Shown here: positions 25,856 to 37,224 of the stretch, in pieces
How the letters are laid out: each line of letters starts with the position of its first letter
Position numbering within the stretch: position 1 is the first letter of the stretch
Origin: Felis catus
Taxonomy: Eukaryota
Assembly: GCF_018350175.1 (NCBI RefSeq)
Contig: NC_058368.1
Location: 106,952,001 to 107,016,000 of the forward strand
Reading direction: 5' to 3'
DNA length: 64,000 nt
Made by a program: the position numbers and the translations under genes
Notes under the pieces: model-generated
The model's database searches: none
Told to the model about the DNA's origin: nothing
The model's input: only the letters and a program-made list of their open reading frames with translations

Positions 25856-26923
25856 TTAAAAAATGGTATAGGTATCTTCCCCAAAGTTAAAGGAACTCTC
25901 CAGGTATTCTGTTAGAGGTAAATGTCTGGATTTAATAACAATGTCAGTAAAAATAAGTGAGATAAAGCTTTCTGGGGCCAGTCTTAGAACTCTTGGGGAT
26001 GCATGACTTGGGATGACACCACTAAGGTGATCTGTGCCAGAAGTATTCCCTTTGTGATAGGCACCAATGGGCAAGAAACACCATGTTCCTGTGGGTGGCG
26101 TTTCAATGTCCTGCAGGATGTAGCCTTCATAATGCCGGGGCTTGGCATTGGTTGAGGAGAGAGGCTGACTCGCCTGCAATCACTGCATGTGAACCGGAAC
26201 ACCTGTTTGTTGAACTCCGTTTCCATCTTCGTCATCTTTCTGCAGAGAGCACTTTGGGGAGCAGCTTGTTCTGAAGTCAATCTTGTGTGTCTGGTTAGTA
26301 CAGAAGAATCAGGCAAAGAGGATGGGTTTAATGTCCTCTGCAACACAGAAGACAGTGCACCATAGAAGGACAAAGATAATTGGTCTGCTGGACTCACACT
26401 GATGATCTGGAAGTCTAAGTCCCAATGAGAGCTGGATCACTGATTATCCAACCTTGGTACCATGCTGCTTTGAGGCCCTTCTCATCTAGAGGCACCCTGT
26501 GCCAGGCCCGTCCCCCAAGGAAAAACTTCATCTGTACTGTCGCCATCACCAAGGGCAGCAATGTGGAGAAGAACTGCAGTGGATTGCTCAAAACCAAAAC
26601 TGCTGGCAGAAAGCCTGGCAGGGAAAAGAGCGTGTGAAAGTGATCTATGGCTCCGAATCATGTTTACCCAAGGAAGAATAAAAAATGTTGAGACATTGCA
26701 AGTTTGGTCAAAATTACAGAGCACTTGAAAAATACTGAAGATGCCACAATTTCCCCCAAATCTACACCAGCCCAAGTTCCAAGTAGCAAACACCAGAACA
26801 CGCTAGATGAAATCCAGAGGGCTAGCAGTTTATGGTGACTGAGAGACAAGAAGCTGGTACTTTCTGAGGCTTTTCTTCAAGATGGAGCACCAGTCTGAAC
26901 CCAAAATATCCTGTAGGTCCAGT
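25856..26923 (-). pseudogene. Exon 2 (TM4-TM7 and C-tail) of the same decayed GPR153/GPR162-like GPCR
   Basis: Reads KLLALWISSSVFWCLLLG (TM4), LGWCRFGGNC (ECL2), VIQLSLGL/FQIISVS (TM6) and SSVLQRTLNP|ILFA*FFCTNQTHKIDFRTSCSPKCSLQKDDEDG (TM7/helix 8, 1-nt frameshift at 26324-26326). Recalled GPR153 has [30 protein letters not shown]...NDEES. The tail frame runs to TAA at 25856. Candidate AG acceptors lie before 26923, 26910 and 26838. Confidence 0.7.
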
Positions 26924-27268
26924 CTGGAATTAAATTATGCTCTAAGCACACAAAAACAATTAATGATATTAAAATATCAGAAACTAAATAGGAAGAGGGT
27001 GCAACAGAAATTGATACTGAATCTTTCCTCCATCTTCATTGATTTTCACACAGTAGGAGAACCTTGTTTTTTTAATTATGTATGAGTGCTACCAAAAACA
27101 AAACAAAAGTAGGTTAATAAAAAAATACATAACACCAGGAAGTTACTGAATCAGGTAGGTTTCTCTAACAGTATACTACCATAATAAGACTCCTTTTTAT
27201 CAAGGGGTGCTAGACCAGGGGATGCCACAAAATTCTTTCTTTGACAAATAAAGAAAGCAGACTACAGT

Positions 27269-27539
27269 CAGGGTCACTGTTAGCCTTTAAGCATCCTTGG
27301 TGCTAACAAGAAAATGACTCCCCCTCTGGGTCAAACAGTCTTTTGCATATTCAAGCAGGAAAGCAGGTTATGCCTTTGGGCAAATCGCAAAACTGCAAGC
27401 ATCCCTATGGGTGAATAAAATGCCATGATGGGGCCATATTGTCAAGGGAGCTGCAAACTGGCTTTTAGTTCCTGCTTGGTCCCTTGGAAAGGTAATATGG
27501 TGCAGTGAACTGTCCACACAACTGTATGTGACAGCAATG
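27269..27539. mobile_element. MER91-like hAT-Tip100 relic
   Basis: Termini cagggtcactgt ... gtgcagtgaactgtccacacaactgtatgtgacagcaatg resemble recalled MER91 ends. Confidence 0.5.
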
Positions 27540-27909
27540 CCTGTACTTTAATCACATTTTTATTAACAAAAATCACAGGAAGTGTAAGTATGAAAATTGG
27601 AAGGGTATACTAACCTTTGAACAGTTTACTGGCATCTCTGGATTGTGAAATGGTGATATTTTTATTTTCAAATTATCTGTAATTAATAAATTATCCACTA
27701 CAAACCAGTATCATGACTGAGATAAGAAAAATAACAGTAAAAATTAATTGTCAAATCCCTTTTCATTTGGGGACTTCTCTCATACCATTATTTTTTGCCA
27801 TTTGTTTTCACTTTCTGTTACTATCTTTTGTTCCACTTGTTAGATTTTAAACGAATGCTGATGGCTGACATTTGTCTGGCATTGTCTAATCCCTGGCATT
27901 AGATACTTC

Positions 27910-28110
27910 TTCAAGTACTGGGGTGTGGAAGAAAGCGGCCTTTGAATCTCGGGTCTAACAGTTTCTAATTTGGTAATATTGGTCATTTAACTATTCTGAG
28001 TCTCGAATTCCTCATGTATAAAATGTAACCTTTAGGTAGTAGGATTACTAAAAAGGATACAATTAATATGTATAATATGGCTATGCATAAGAGGTTTTAA
28101 TAAATTATAT
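27910..28110 (+). mobile_element. MIR relic
   Basis: gtcatttaactattctgagtctcgaattcctcatgtataaaatg core. Confidence 0.6.
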
Positions 28111-28899
28111 ATAATTACTATTACTATTATATCTGAATTTCTTCAAAATTTTGATTATACCCTGAGTAAAAATATTAAAGTCTCTTACAGCTCCCGGTGG
28201 CACTAACTGGTCATTCATCTTGGGTGAAACTGTACTTGAAGTAACTCTTAAATTAATAGGTTGGCTTTAAGTAATTGATTTCATTTCTCCTGAGTATATG
28301 CAGCTGAATTGGTTAAGGGTTGGGATGAGAATTAGCTCGACAATTGAAAACAGGAAAGAAGGGTTTGTCTAAAGTATCGTTAAGCATGAGCTGATATTAA
28401 GAATAGGGACAGTTTTCATGAGTGGTGATGCCACACAGAGGTGGCAGAATCAGGAAGTGGAGGAGAGGGCAGATGGGAGGTAGAGGGATGCTGGGTAAGA
28501 CAGCCTGTGCTACCTGCCTGAAATAGAAGTGAGAATAAAAAGTCAACCACCGATCTCTGGGTTGTTGGCTCACTTAGAAAACCGCATGGAAGAGTCAGAG
28601 GTCTGGTTTCTAGAGCCACCTGCATAATTTCTGACTTGGCAATCTTTAGCCTGTCTCACATTTTCAGATCACCCGTGTTATTTCTCACATTTGAAAAAAT
28701 AATGATTTGAGTTCATTAAGGACCAAAAGAGACACGTATACAAAAATTGCATTTTAAACATTATGTCCACACGTGAGTTTGTGTTACGGGCAGTCAGAGT
28801 GGTAGTCTTCCTCTCCCTTTGAGGCTTGCTAGATGCTGTGCCAAGAGACCAAGAGGAATACAACCAGGACTGAAGTTGCAATGCATTTCCTAGCGATGT

Positions 28900-29760
28900 C
28901 GATGCGTTCGTTGATAAAACAAGGGCTTATTCACCACCTTCAATTTACACATGGTAGATAGTGATACAGTGTAGGGGTGCAGTGGTAAATAAGCCAAGAT
29001 AATACTCTTCCCTATGGCTACCAGCTATGCTGTATAAGTTCTAAGAAGGGAGTTGTAGGATGCTGTGAGATGGGGCCAGGATCTGGTCGGATAATTCTCA
29101 AGGAGGAGACATTTGACACGAAAGCTGAATAACAAAGCTGAGTTAACCAGTCATAGAGAGGGAGAAAGAGCCTTCTGACAGGGCAGAATGGACAAATGCT
29201 GCTGAAATGAGAGCTTGTATATGGTAGGAACTAAAAGAAGTTCAGTGAGGCTGAAACATGGAGGCAAAGAGGATGAGCTAAGATTAAGGTGTAGCCAAGG
29301 TCCAGTCCATATAGACATTGCAGGGCTACACTAAGGATTTTGGTCTTGAGGCAGAACGCAATAACCATATATCCAGTTGGTCAAGACTAGTGGCACTGGA
29401 GTATGAGAGAAGGACATAGAGAAAAGATATTTAGTTAGTCCTCACAATGGATTTGCTAAAGGTTATGTATTCATGGATGGTAGAACTGGAGGCATAATAT
29501 ATATTTCCTAACTCTCTGCCTGCGTATTTTGATGGGTAATAGTCCCATTTACTGAGTGCCAGATATGGGTGAAAGATCATGACTTCAATTTAGGCATGAT
29601 GAGTCCAAAATGCTTTTGAGATATCTAAGGGGAAGTGCTAAGTAGGTTAATGGGAATTCAGGTCTGCCATTCAGGAGAGGAGGTCTGGACTGATGTATAA
29701 TCTGATCCTTACCCGAGAATACAGCAGTTAGAAGCCACAGGCAAAAAGACAGAATTACCT
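28900..29760 (-). mobile_element. L2 relic
   Basis: ggaggagacatttgacacgaaagctgaa, ttcagtgaggctg, ctaaggattttggtctt, tcaggagaggaggtctggactg. Confidence 0.7.
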
Positions 29761-29788
29761 AGGATAAAGAATACAATTAACTATATAC

Positions 29789-29996
29789 ATTTTTAATGTT
29801 TTTATTTATTTTTGAGACAGAGACAGAACATGAGCAGGGGAGGGACAGAGAGAGAGGGAGCCACAGAATCCGAAGCAGACTCCAGGCTCTGGGCTGTCAG
29901 CACAGAGCCTGACGCAGGGCTCAAACTCATGGACTGTGAGTTCATGACCTGAGCCGAAGTCGGACGTTTAACCAACTGAGCCACCCAGGCGCCCCA
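29789..29996 (-). mobile_element. Can-SINE
   Basis: TSD gataaagaatacaattaa. Confidence 0.93.
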
Positions 29997-30784
29997 AGAT
30001 AAAGAATACAATTAAAAGGGAAGAACACTTAGACCAAACCTGAGACAAAACTGACTGCTATGTGAGCTATACGGACCTTGCTTAATCTGCTACATAATCT
30101 AAATGATCTCTGAAGACTAAATGTCTATAAATTGCATAGTTGGATGCCCACCAGTCCCTAACTCAATTTTCAGAAGCAGATTGTGTCAATTATACTTCTT
30201 TTATAGCTTGGAGATACTCTTGCTATGATCATGGCATGTTTTTTAGTCAATCTATTTTGTTGTTATTTGCTACCACTTTAGATTATTAAAAAGAAATGCA
30301 GCCTGTTTTAGAGAGCAGATCACTCAGTAAAATTGTGCCTTGGTGCCAGAAATAACATTAAGAAAAATAAATGGAAAAGAACGCAAGATTCTTTGATGTG
30401 AAAACTTAGAAAATAGTACACCAAAACGGAATGACAACCTCACCCTGCTTGGGTCCACAAACCACCACACCTTTTCGTGGGCCCATCCAGGACTGTCAAG
30501 ATAGCAAGAAATAAATGTCTATTAAATGCAGCCATTCTGATTTTGGGTTAACTTGTTATTGAAAACTAATGCTTAATTTCATCCTGAGTGAGAGTGTTGA
30601 TTTATTGATCTTTTACATGTAAATTATCTAATCATGGTGGACCATCCAGAGAGAGGACTTGTCAAGTTCAATTCAGCCTTGTTCAAGAGGAGCTGAGCAG
30701 TCGTTTAGATCTACCAGTGAGGGAGCTGCAGTGAATCAATACACTGTATTTATTGTGTATTTATTTTGACATTAAATATATAGG

Positions 30785-30965
30785 TTTTTTTCAAGTTTAT
30801 TTATTTTGAGGTGGGGTGGTGCAGAGAGGGGGAGAGAGAGAATCTCAAGCAGGCTGTGGGCTGTCCACAGCTGGACTTCAGGCTCAGTCTCAAGAACCAT
30901 GAGATCATGACCTGAGGCGAAATCAAGAGTCAGATGCTTAACCAACTGGGCAACCCAGGCGCCCC
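30785..30965 (-). mobile_element. Can-SINE
   Basis: SINE body. Confidence 0.9.
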
Positions 30966-31665
30966 TAAAATGGAACATTTTGTCAAGAAAGATTTCATGG
31001 AGATTCTGGTAATCCAAGTAATAGAGTAGCATTCATGATCCTATTATCTATCTACCTATCTTCTATCTTTTCTTATTTACTACCTACCTTTACGCTATTT
31101 TTGTTGATTGATTAATCAGTGATACACATATAAAGTTAGGTTCTTTCCCTCCAGCCTCAGCTAGGTGGGGCTTTTGTGTGATCTTAATGACAAGTACACA
31201 AACATCAAGCGATCAAGGAAAAAGCAGTCCCTTGATCTGTTATTGCTGACATTGATAGGTACTAGATAGTAGCTCTTTATCAGGAAATGTGTTTATAAGT
31301 CACTCTAAAAATTTGAAAAAATTTTAAGAACTGCCAAATTTGCAAAAATATGCATAATACTAAAATCAGCTGGAGAAAAACTAGGTGATCTTAGAAAAGA
31401 ATGAATTGGTAGGAGATGAAAATATGACTCTACAACCATGACAACAAAGAATATTAAAGAGAGAGAACAATGGAAAGGAAAATAGTGAAATAGTATCAGA
31501 TGTGAATATAACTAACAGGCATTAATTAAGTTGCAGGAGCAGAACATAATAAATAATAGAGAATTTTACAAAACAGACATTATAATGCAAAATACATGCA
31601 AGAGAGTTAAGCCCATTTAAAAATAATAGGACTTTGAGTAACTATGAAGTTGCCCTAGAGATAGA

Positions 31666-31898
31666 TAGTGAAACCTTGGATTGCAAGTAACCTGTTCTGT
31701 GAGTGTTCCACCAGATGGGCGAACATTTCTCATACATTTTAACCTGACAAACGAGCGATGTCTTGTAATTGTGAGTAGTCCGTGTGCCGAATGTCACATG
31801 ATTGCAACTGAGCCAGTGGTTCTTGAAATTTGCTGTGATATACACGTGCTTTGGATTAAAGCATGTTTCTGGAATGAATGATGCTTAGAAACCAAGGT
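31666..31898 (+). mobile_element. Short Tigger/pogo-like non-autonomous DNA transposon (MITE)
   Basis: Termini (t)agtgaaaccttggattgc ... aaaccaaggt; both halves match the ends of the element at 44886-45749. Confidence 0.8.
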
Positions 31899-31940
31899 AA
31901 GCATATTATGAACCAAGTTATTTGGAGGCCAACATTGAAA

Positions 31941-32132
31941 GACCTGGGTGGCTCAGCTGGTTAAGCATCTGACTTCAGCTCAGGTCATGATCTCACGGTT
32001 CATGGATTCAAGTCCTACAACAGGCTCTGTGCTGACAGCTTGGAGCCTGCTTGGGATTCTCTCTCCCCCCTCTCTGCCCAACCCTGCTTGCACCCTCTCT
32101 TTCTCTCTCTAAAATAAACATTTTTTTAAAAA
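31941..32132 (+). mobile_element. Can-SINE
   Basis: SINE body and tail. Confidence 0.9.
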
Positions 32133-32217
32133 TAAAGAATATTTAAACAGTGAAATAATAGAGAAGCTATTTGTGGATGATACCAGCAAGGAAAAAAAAA
32201 AGGATAATCCTATTTTT

Positions 32218-32429
32218 AAATTTTTTTTAACGTTTATTTATTTTTGAGAGAAAGAGACAGAGTGTGAGTGCTAGAGGAGCAGAGAGAGAGGGAGACACAG
32301 AATCCGAAGCAGGCTCCAGGCTCTGAGCTATCAGCACAGAGCCTGACGTGGGGCATGAACTCAAGAGCGGTGAGATCATGACCTGAGCTGAAGTCAGTCA
32401 CTTACCTGACTGAGCCACCCAGGCACCCC
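32218..32429 (-). mobile_element. Can-SINE
   Basis: TSD gataatcctattttt. Confidence 0.93.
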
Positions 32430-32447
32430 AATGATAATCCTATTTTT

Positions 32448-32677
32448 TTTTTATTTAAAAAAAATTTTTTTTTCAACGTTTATTTATTTTTGGGACAGAG
32501 AGAGACAGAGCATGAACGGGGGAGGGGCAGAGAGAGAGGGAGACACAGAATCGGAAACAGGCTCCAGGCTCCGAGCCATCAGCCCAGAGCCCGACGCGGG
32601 GCTCGAACTCACGGACCGCGAGATCATGACCTGAGCCGAAGTCGGCCGCTTAACCGACTGAGCCACCCAGGCGCCCC
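32448..32677 (-). mobile_element. Young feline SINE, tandem
   Basis: CpG-rich; third TSD copy at 32679-32693. Confidence 0.95.
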
Positions 32678-32724
32678 TGATAATCCTATTTTTAAAAAAG
32701 TTTTGACAATTATAAAATACTTAC

Positions 32725-32949
32725 TTTTAATTTTGTTTAATGTGTATTTATTGTTCAGAGACAGAGGGAGACAGAGCGTGGGTGGGGAAGGAGCAGAGAG
32801 AGAGAGAGAGAGAGAGATAGAATCCAAAGCAGCTCCAGGCTCCAAGCTGTCAGCACAGAGCCTGCCTTGGGGCTCGAACTCACGTACTGGGGAGATTATG
32901 ACCTGCGCTGAAGTTGGAGGCTTATCTGACTGAGCCACTCAGGCACCCC
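32725..32949 (-). mobile_element. Can-SINE
   Basis: TSD taaaatactta. Confidence 0.92.
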
Positions 32950-33344
32950 TAAAATACTTATTTTTTAAAAAGTAGTGAAAATATGGGTAAAAGGCTATGG
33001 AGTTTTGAATAGTAGTTGGAGAAATAAAAGGGAAAAAGGAAACATTATTAACCAGTTAACCCATAATATTTTCTGACATAGACATCCTTTAAAAACCCAC
33101 CTTTAGGAAAGAATGATTTTAAATGGATGTTGATATTCTTTCTGATAAGCAAACCAAACAAGCTAGAAAGCATGAAACCAAAAATACTGGTGTAGTCATC
33201 AATATATGTTCTTTGACCAGATGTCTGTTTAATAGCATCCTTGGATTTGGGAAAGTAAATACAGGTTACAAAGTTAATTTGGACTTTGCCTTAATGAGAA
33301 ATAGGGATTTGAATGTTCCAAAGCCAGGAATTATTATAACTCTA

Positions 33345-33530
33345 ATACTGGCTAACATTTATTAAGGGATTTGTGTCAGCCACTGTACTAAGGATTTTAC
33401 ATGCTTTAGCAGGAACTATGATTAAACCAATTTTTACAGGTGAAGAATCTGAACATAGACATTTTAACACAGTAGCCAAGGTTGCTCAGAAATGGATACT
33501 TGTCAGACTGCACAGCGGGAGGCCAGAGCC
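33345..33530 (-). mobile_element. MIR relic
   Basis: ctaacatttattaag...tttttacaggtgaagaatctga. Confidence 0.6.
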
Positions 33531-33619
33531 AGCATGCTCCCCCCTCTGCTGAATCTGGTGATACAGGAAGAGAGACAGTGGAAACTTGGCCTACAGCCTT
33601 ATAGTACTGAATTGCTTCT

Positions 33620-33965
33620 ATCTATATAGGAAAGTGTGTGGTTCCCATTTTATTATATTTTATTTTTGAGCTTGACATTCATGTAGCAAGGAATCCAGCA
33701 GCACTAACTGTAATGCCAACACAGTAGTGTTCATATACTGGACAGGCAGGCTTGAGCCGATACGTAAGGTAGCTGTGGTTTACCTCCAACAATGTGCAGC
33801 CACCACATACATAGGAGAGAGGCTCCCTCAGACAGGCCTGCTTTCATAGGACACCCAGAAGGAATGGTCTCACAAATCATCATGTCGAATACTAATAAAA
33901 CTAATACCAACAATGACAAAAATAACAAACTCCAGGTAGAATTTTACTGAAACCTTTTCAGGCAT
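33620..33965 (-). pseudogene. Exon 1 (N-terminus to TM3/ICL2) of a decayed GPR153/GPR162-like class A GPCR pseudogene
   Basis: ATG at 33965 gives MPEKVSVKFYLEFVIFVIVGISFISI (TM1; ATT where AAT/Asn1.50 is expected). After frameshifts come SLLCMWWLHIVGGKPQLPYVSAQ (TM2) and YEHYCVGITVSAAGFLAT*MSSSKIKYNKMGTTHFPI* (TM3). The TM3 end is in register with recalled GPR153 [22 protein letters not shown]. No intact splice donor seen. Confidence 0.7.
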
Positions 33966-34039
33966 ACTGAGGAGGGAGTTAGCATCTCATGGTTCAGAGT
34001 GAAGTTCTCAACAATCACTTAATCATCTCTACTCTCTAA

Positions 34040-34261
34040 TTTTTCTTTTCCTTTTTTTTTAATGTCTAGTTTTGAGAGATAGACAGAGACAGAGCACAAG
34101 TGGGGGAGAAGCAGAGAGAGAGGGAGACACAGAATCCGAAGCAGGCTCCAGGCTCCAAGCTGTCAGCATAGTGCCCGACACAGGGCTCAAACTCACGAAC
34201 GATGAGATCATGACCTGAGCCGAAGTAGGATGCTTAACTGACCAAGCCACCCAGGTGCCCC
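34040..34261 (-). mobile_element. Can-SINE just upstream of pseudogene exon 1
   Basis: SINE body; TSD ctactct. Confidence 0.92.
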
Positions 34262-34529
34262 TACTCTTTATTTTTTCTAAGATCACTCCAATGTTCTTAT
34301 AAGTTTTCATTGTCTCTCTTTTCCTTCCCTTTCAGCTCTTTTCAGGGCCCCCTCAACCTGTGTTTCCTCTTCTCCCTTAACTCTGAATCATCTGCTGAGT
34401 GTTTCTCTTTGTCTTTTTTATGTAGCACAATGTATCCCTCTCCTCAACCCACGGTTTTGCATGGTCATCTATCATTTCCCTTAACAAAAAGTATCTCAGG
34501 AGTAACTCATTTAAGAAGATTCAGGGTGA

Positions 34530-34681
34530 GGGGCTCCTCAGTGATTCAATAGGTTGGCTGGCATACCCTTGATGTCAGCTCAGGTTCATGAGTTCAGGCC
34601 CCATGTCAGGCTCTGGGATGGGTGTCCAGCCTGCTTGAAATTCTCTTTTCTTTAACTGCTTGCCTGCATACCTGCACTCGC

Positions 34682-34724
<43 letters not shown>
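34530..34724 (+). mobile_element. Diverged Can-SINE with a long pure polyA
   Basis: ggggctcctcagtgattca head; about 39 A. Confidence 0.85.
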
Positions 34725-34726
<2 letters not shown>

Positions 34727-34799
34727 AGGTTCAAGGTGGTGGGGATGATAAACTTACCACATTTTCTCCAGTCACACTTGTGACTTTCAGGATCTGAAT

Positions 34800-35215
34800 G
34801 GATACATGTCACCTCCTGTTATCCAGTTTCTCATGCCTTTTGTTCCATCCACACTGACCTCTGTGCTGACCCTTGGACCTGCCAGGCACACCTTTGTTTT
34901 GTTTTCTCTCCCTGAAATGTTTCCCACAAGGTTCATTTCTTTATCTTCTTCCTCTTTCATCAAAAGTGATCTTCCAAGAGAGACTCAAAAATCTCAATCT
35001 CTGACATTTCCTCCTGGCTTTCTTTGTAACACTTAACCATTCTCTAACAGAGTATGTATTTTACTTCCATGCATATTTTATATCTATTTCCCTTTCAGAA
35101 TTTAAAGCATAGGAAGGTAGGAACTTCTGTCTTCTTTTGTACACACTATGTGTTCAGAGCTAAGAATAGGGCCGGGCAGGCAAACCTCGTTACATATTTG
35201 TGTTTGAATAAATTG
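34800..35215 (+). mobile_element. L2 3' relic
   Basis: Pyrimidine-rich L2 text ending atatttgtgtttgaataaattg. Confidence 0.55.
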
Positions 35216-36335
35216 TATCTAAGTGCCAACACATTGCTGATGGGTACATTTTCAACTAATGACTGATTGACTTACTGAAGAAACGAGCAAACTTGCAGGG
35301 AATCAGAGAATTTAAGAATTTAAATCAGAGAATTGAAGTGAGTGGAATCTGAGAGTTGAGAGATCATATGCTTCATCCATCCAGTTTCACAGATAAGGAG
35401 ATCGGGACCCAGATTGTAGGGATTTATAGATCCAGTGACCCTCACCCCACAAGTGAGAAGCAAGATTGCGATGATTATATAGTCATCTGACCTCTGAGTC
35501 CAGTGCCCTGTGACATGTGTAGATACATATTAGAAAAAGAATTAAATATATTTTATATTATTCTAAGGTTTATTTTATCAGATATTGATCAGAACATTTG
35601 AGTAAACCTCCCTGAATCTTAGCTTAGTGTCACATTCATTTTCAGGGCTTAAGCCTGGGTCGCTTCTGGCTTGGGCTGGTTTATTGTCAAAGCCCCTGCA
35701 ACTTGTCTTTCAGCTGCTGGATATTACTTCTCACTGTATGAGCCACGGGTGATCTTTTTAATTCCACTAAGCTGCTGAAGCTAATAAAAGTGAAGGTCTT
35801 TTTGCCTCTGTAGCACTCCCGTTGATGCAGAAATGTTTCTTCTATGTTCTCTTGCACTAAATCCTCTCGTTTCTTAATTATCCAGAGGATGGAAAACCAA
35901 AAGAAAAGAGCCTTTTTGCCCAGCCCATACTGGAACAGGGGAAAATAGTTTCCAAACTATTCCTACTTTTAAAATAGACTTAACAAGTAGAAAATCTCTT
36001 TCGCTTCAATCTTCTCTATTATTTGCCATTTAAAAGTGACTCAGAAACGATCTTCGTTTTTGGCACGGGCAAAAGAAAAACCCTGGGCTCTTGTTGTTTA
36101 CATTGATGGTGATAATGGACCATTTGTTGCTTTTTAATTATTGTATACTTCATAGCAGAGTGGACTATGTTCTTAAAGTCAAATGTAATTAATGGTTTCA
36201 AGCCTAAGAGAGGCATAATGATAACTCAGTAATTCCGTCCATTCAGAGATAAGGAAACAGGTAAAATATCTTGTCTGAGGGCACATAGCTAGAAACTGGC
36301 AGAATTTAGGTTTTAATTCAGATCATTCTGATTCT

Positions 36336-36571
36336 TTTTTTTTTTATTTTTTAAAAAAATTTTTTTTTCAACGTTTATTTATTTTTGGGACAGAGAGAGA
36401 CAGAGTATGAACGGGGGAGGGGCAGAGAGAGAGGGAGACACAGAATCGGAAACAGGCTCCAGGCTCTGAGCCATCAGCCCAGAGCCCGACGCGGGGCTCG
36501 AACTCACGGACCGCGAGATCGTGACCTGGCTGAAGTCGGACGCTTAACCGACTGCGCCACCCAGGCGCCCC
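36336..36571 (-). mobile_element. Very young feline SINE
   Basis: CpGs intact; perfect 17-bp TSD cagatcattctgattct at 36319-36335 and 36572-36588. Confidence 0.96.
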
Positions 36572-37210
36572 CAGATCATTCTGATTCTAATAGCTAAGCA
36601 CTTTTGACTATAGTATGGCCATAAAGGAGAGTTGTCGTTCCCCTGTAGAGTAGTATCAACAGCTCCCAAGCTATTTTGAAAGAACTTTTATTTATTTTAA
36701 ACATTTAAATTGGATTCTGGATGCATAGACTCTCAAGACTGAAAAATCTCTGGTGTCCTCTAAGCCATCCTCTCTTGGCAGCTTTGATCTCTAACGCAGT
36801 GTCGGGGCCACTGAGCATCTGGTATCCTACTGAACAATTTGAGGGATGGGGAACTTAGTCATTACCTCCAAAATAGGATTCAGTATACTTCTGACTACTA
36901 GAAGAGTCATTTATTTTGATATAAGTTCTACATCTCTAAAACTTTTGAGTTGTTGGAACCGAAATATATCCAGTTCATCGAGACTATGTTTTAATTCTCT
37001 CATTTATCAACCTCTTCCAGAGTAAAGAATCAGAACAGAGCACAATACCTTCAGACCTCACTGTAATAATATATTTGGCGAGGGGCATGGCCCCAAAATT
37101 AAAACGCTGGTTAGTGGTACAAGGAGGTTCAGGAAATTTAACCGTGATGGACTTGGGGTCCAAAGGTCTGTCTTGTGATACAAATCTACCTTGATCCCTG
37201 CTGTGCTTTG

Positions 37211-37224
37211 GTGCCACCTGGTGG
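37211..37224 (-). promoter_or_regulatory. Candidate CTCF binding site
   Basis: Minus strand CCACCAGGTGGCAC matches the core consensus CCASYAGRKGGCRS exactly; motif evidence only. Confidence 0.5.

Noticed and set aside
25984..26397. 137-aa ORF as an intact gene
   Set aside because: Only its first ~25 codons are in the GPCR frame; the rest is the shifted frame after the 1-nt loss at 26324-26326.
26425..26916. Plus-strand reading (MRAGSLIIQPW...DEIQRASSLW*LRDKKLVLSEAF) as a processed pseudogene
   Set aside because: No recognisable protein and no TSD; the opposite strand gives ordered GPCR motifs.
32431..32938. Overlapping ORFs up to 147 aa, and many similar MAQSVK/AQVMIS ORFs elsewhere
   Set aside because: Translations of Can-SINE sequence.
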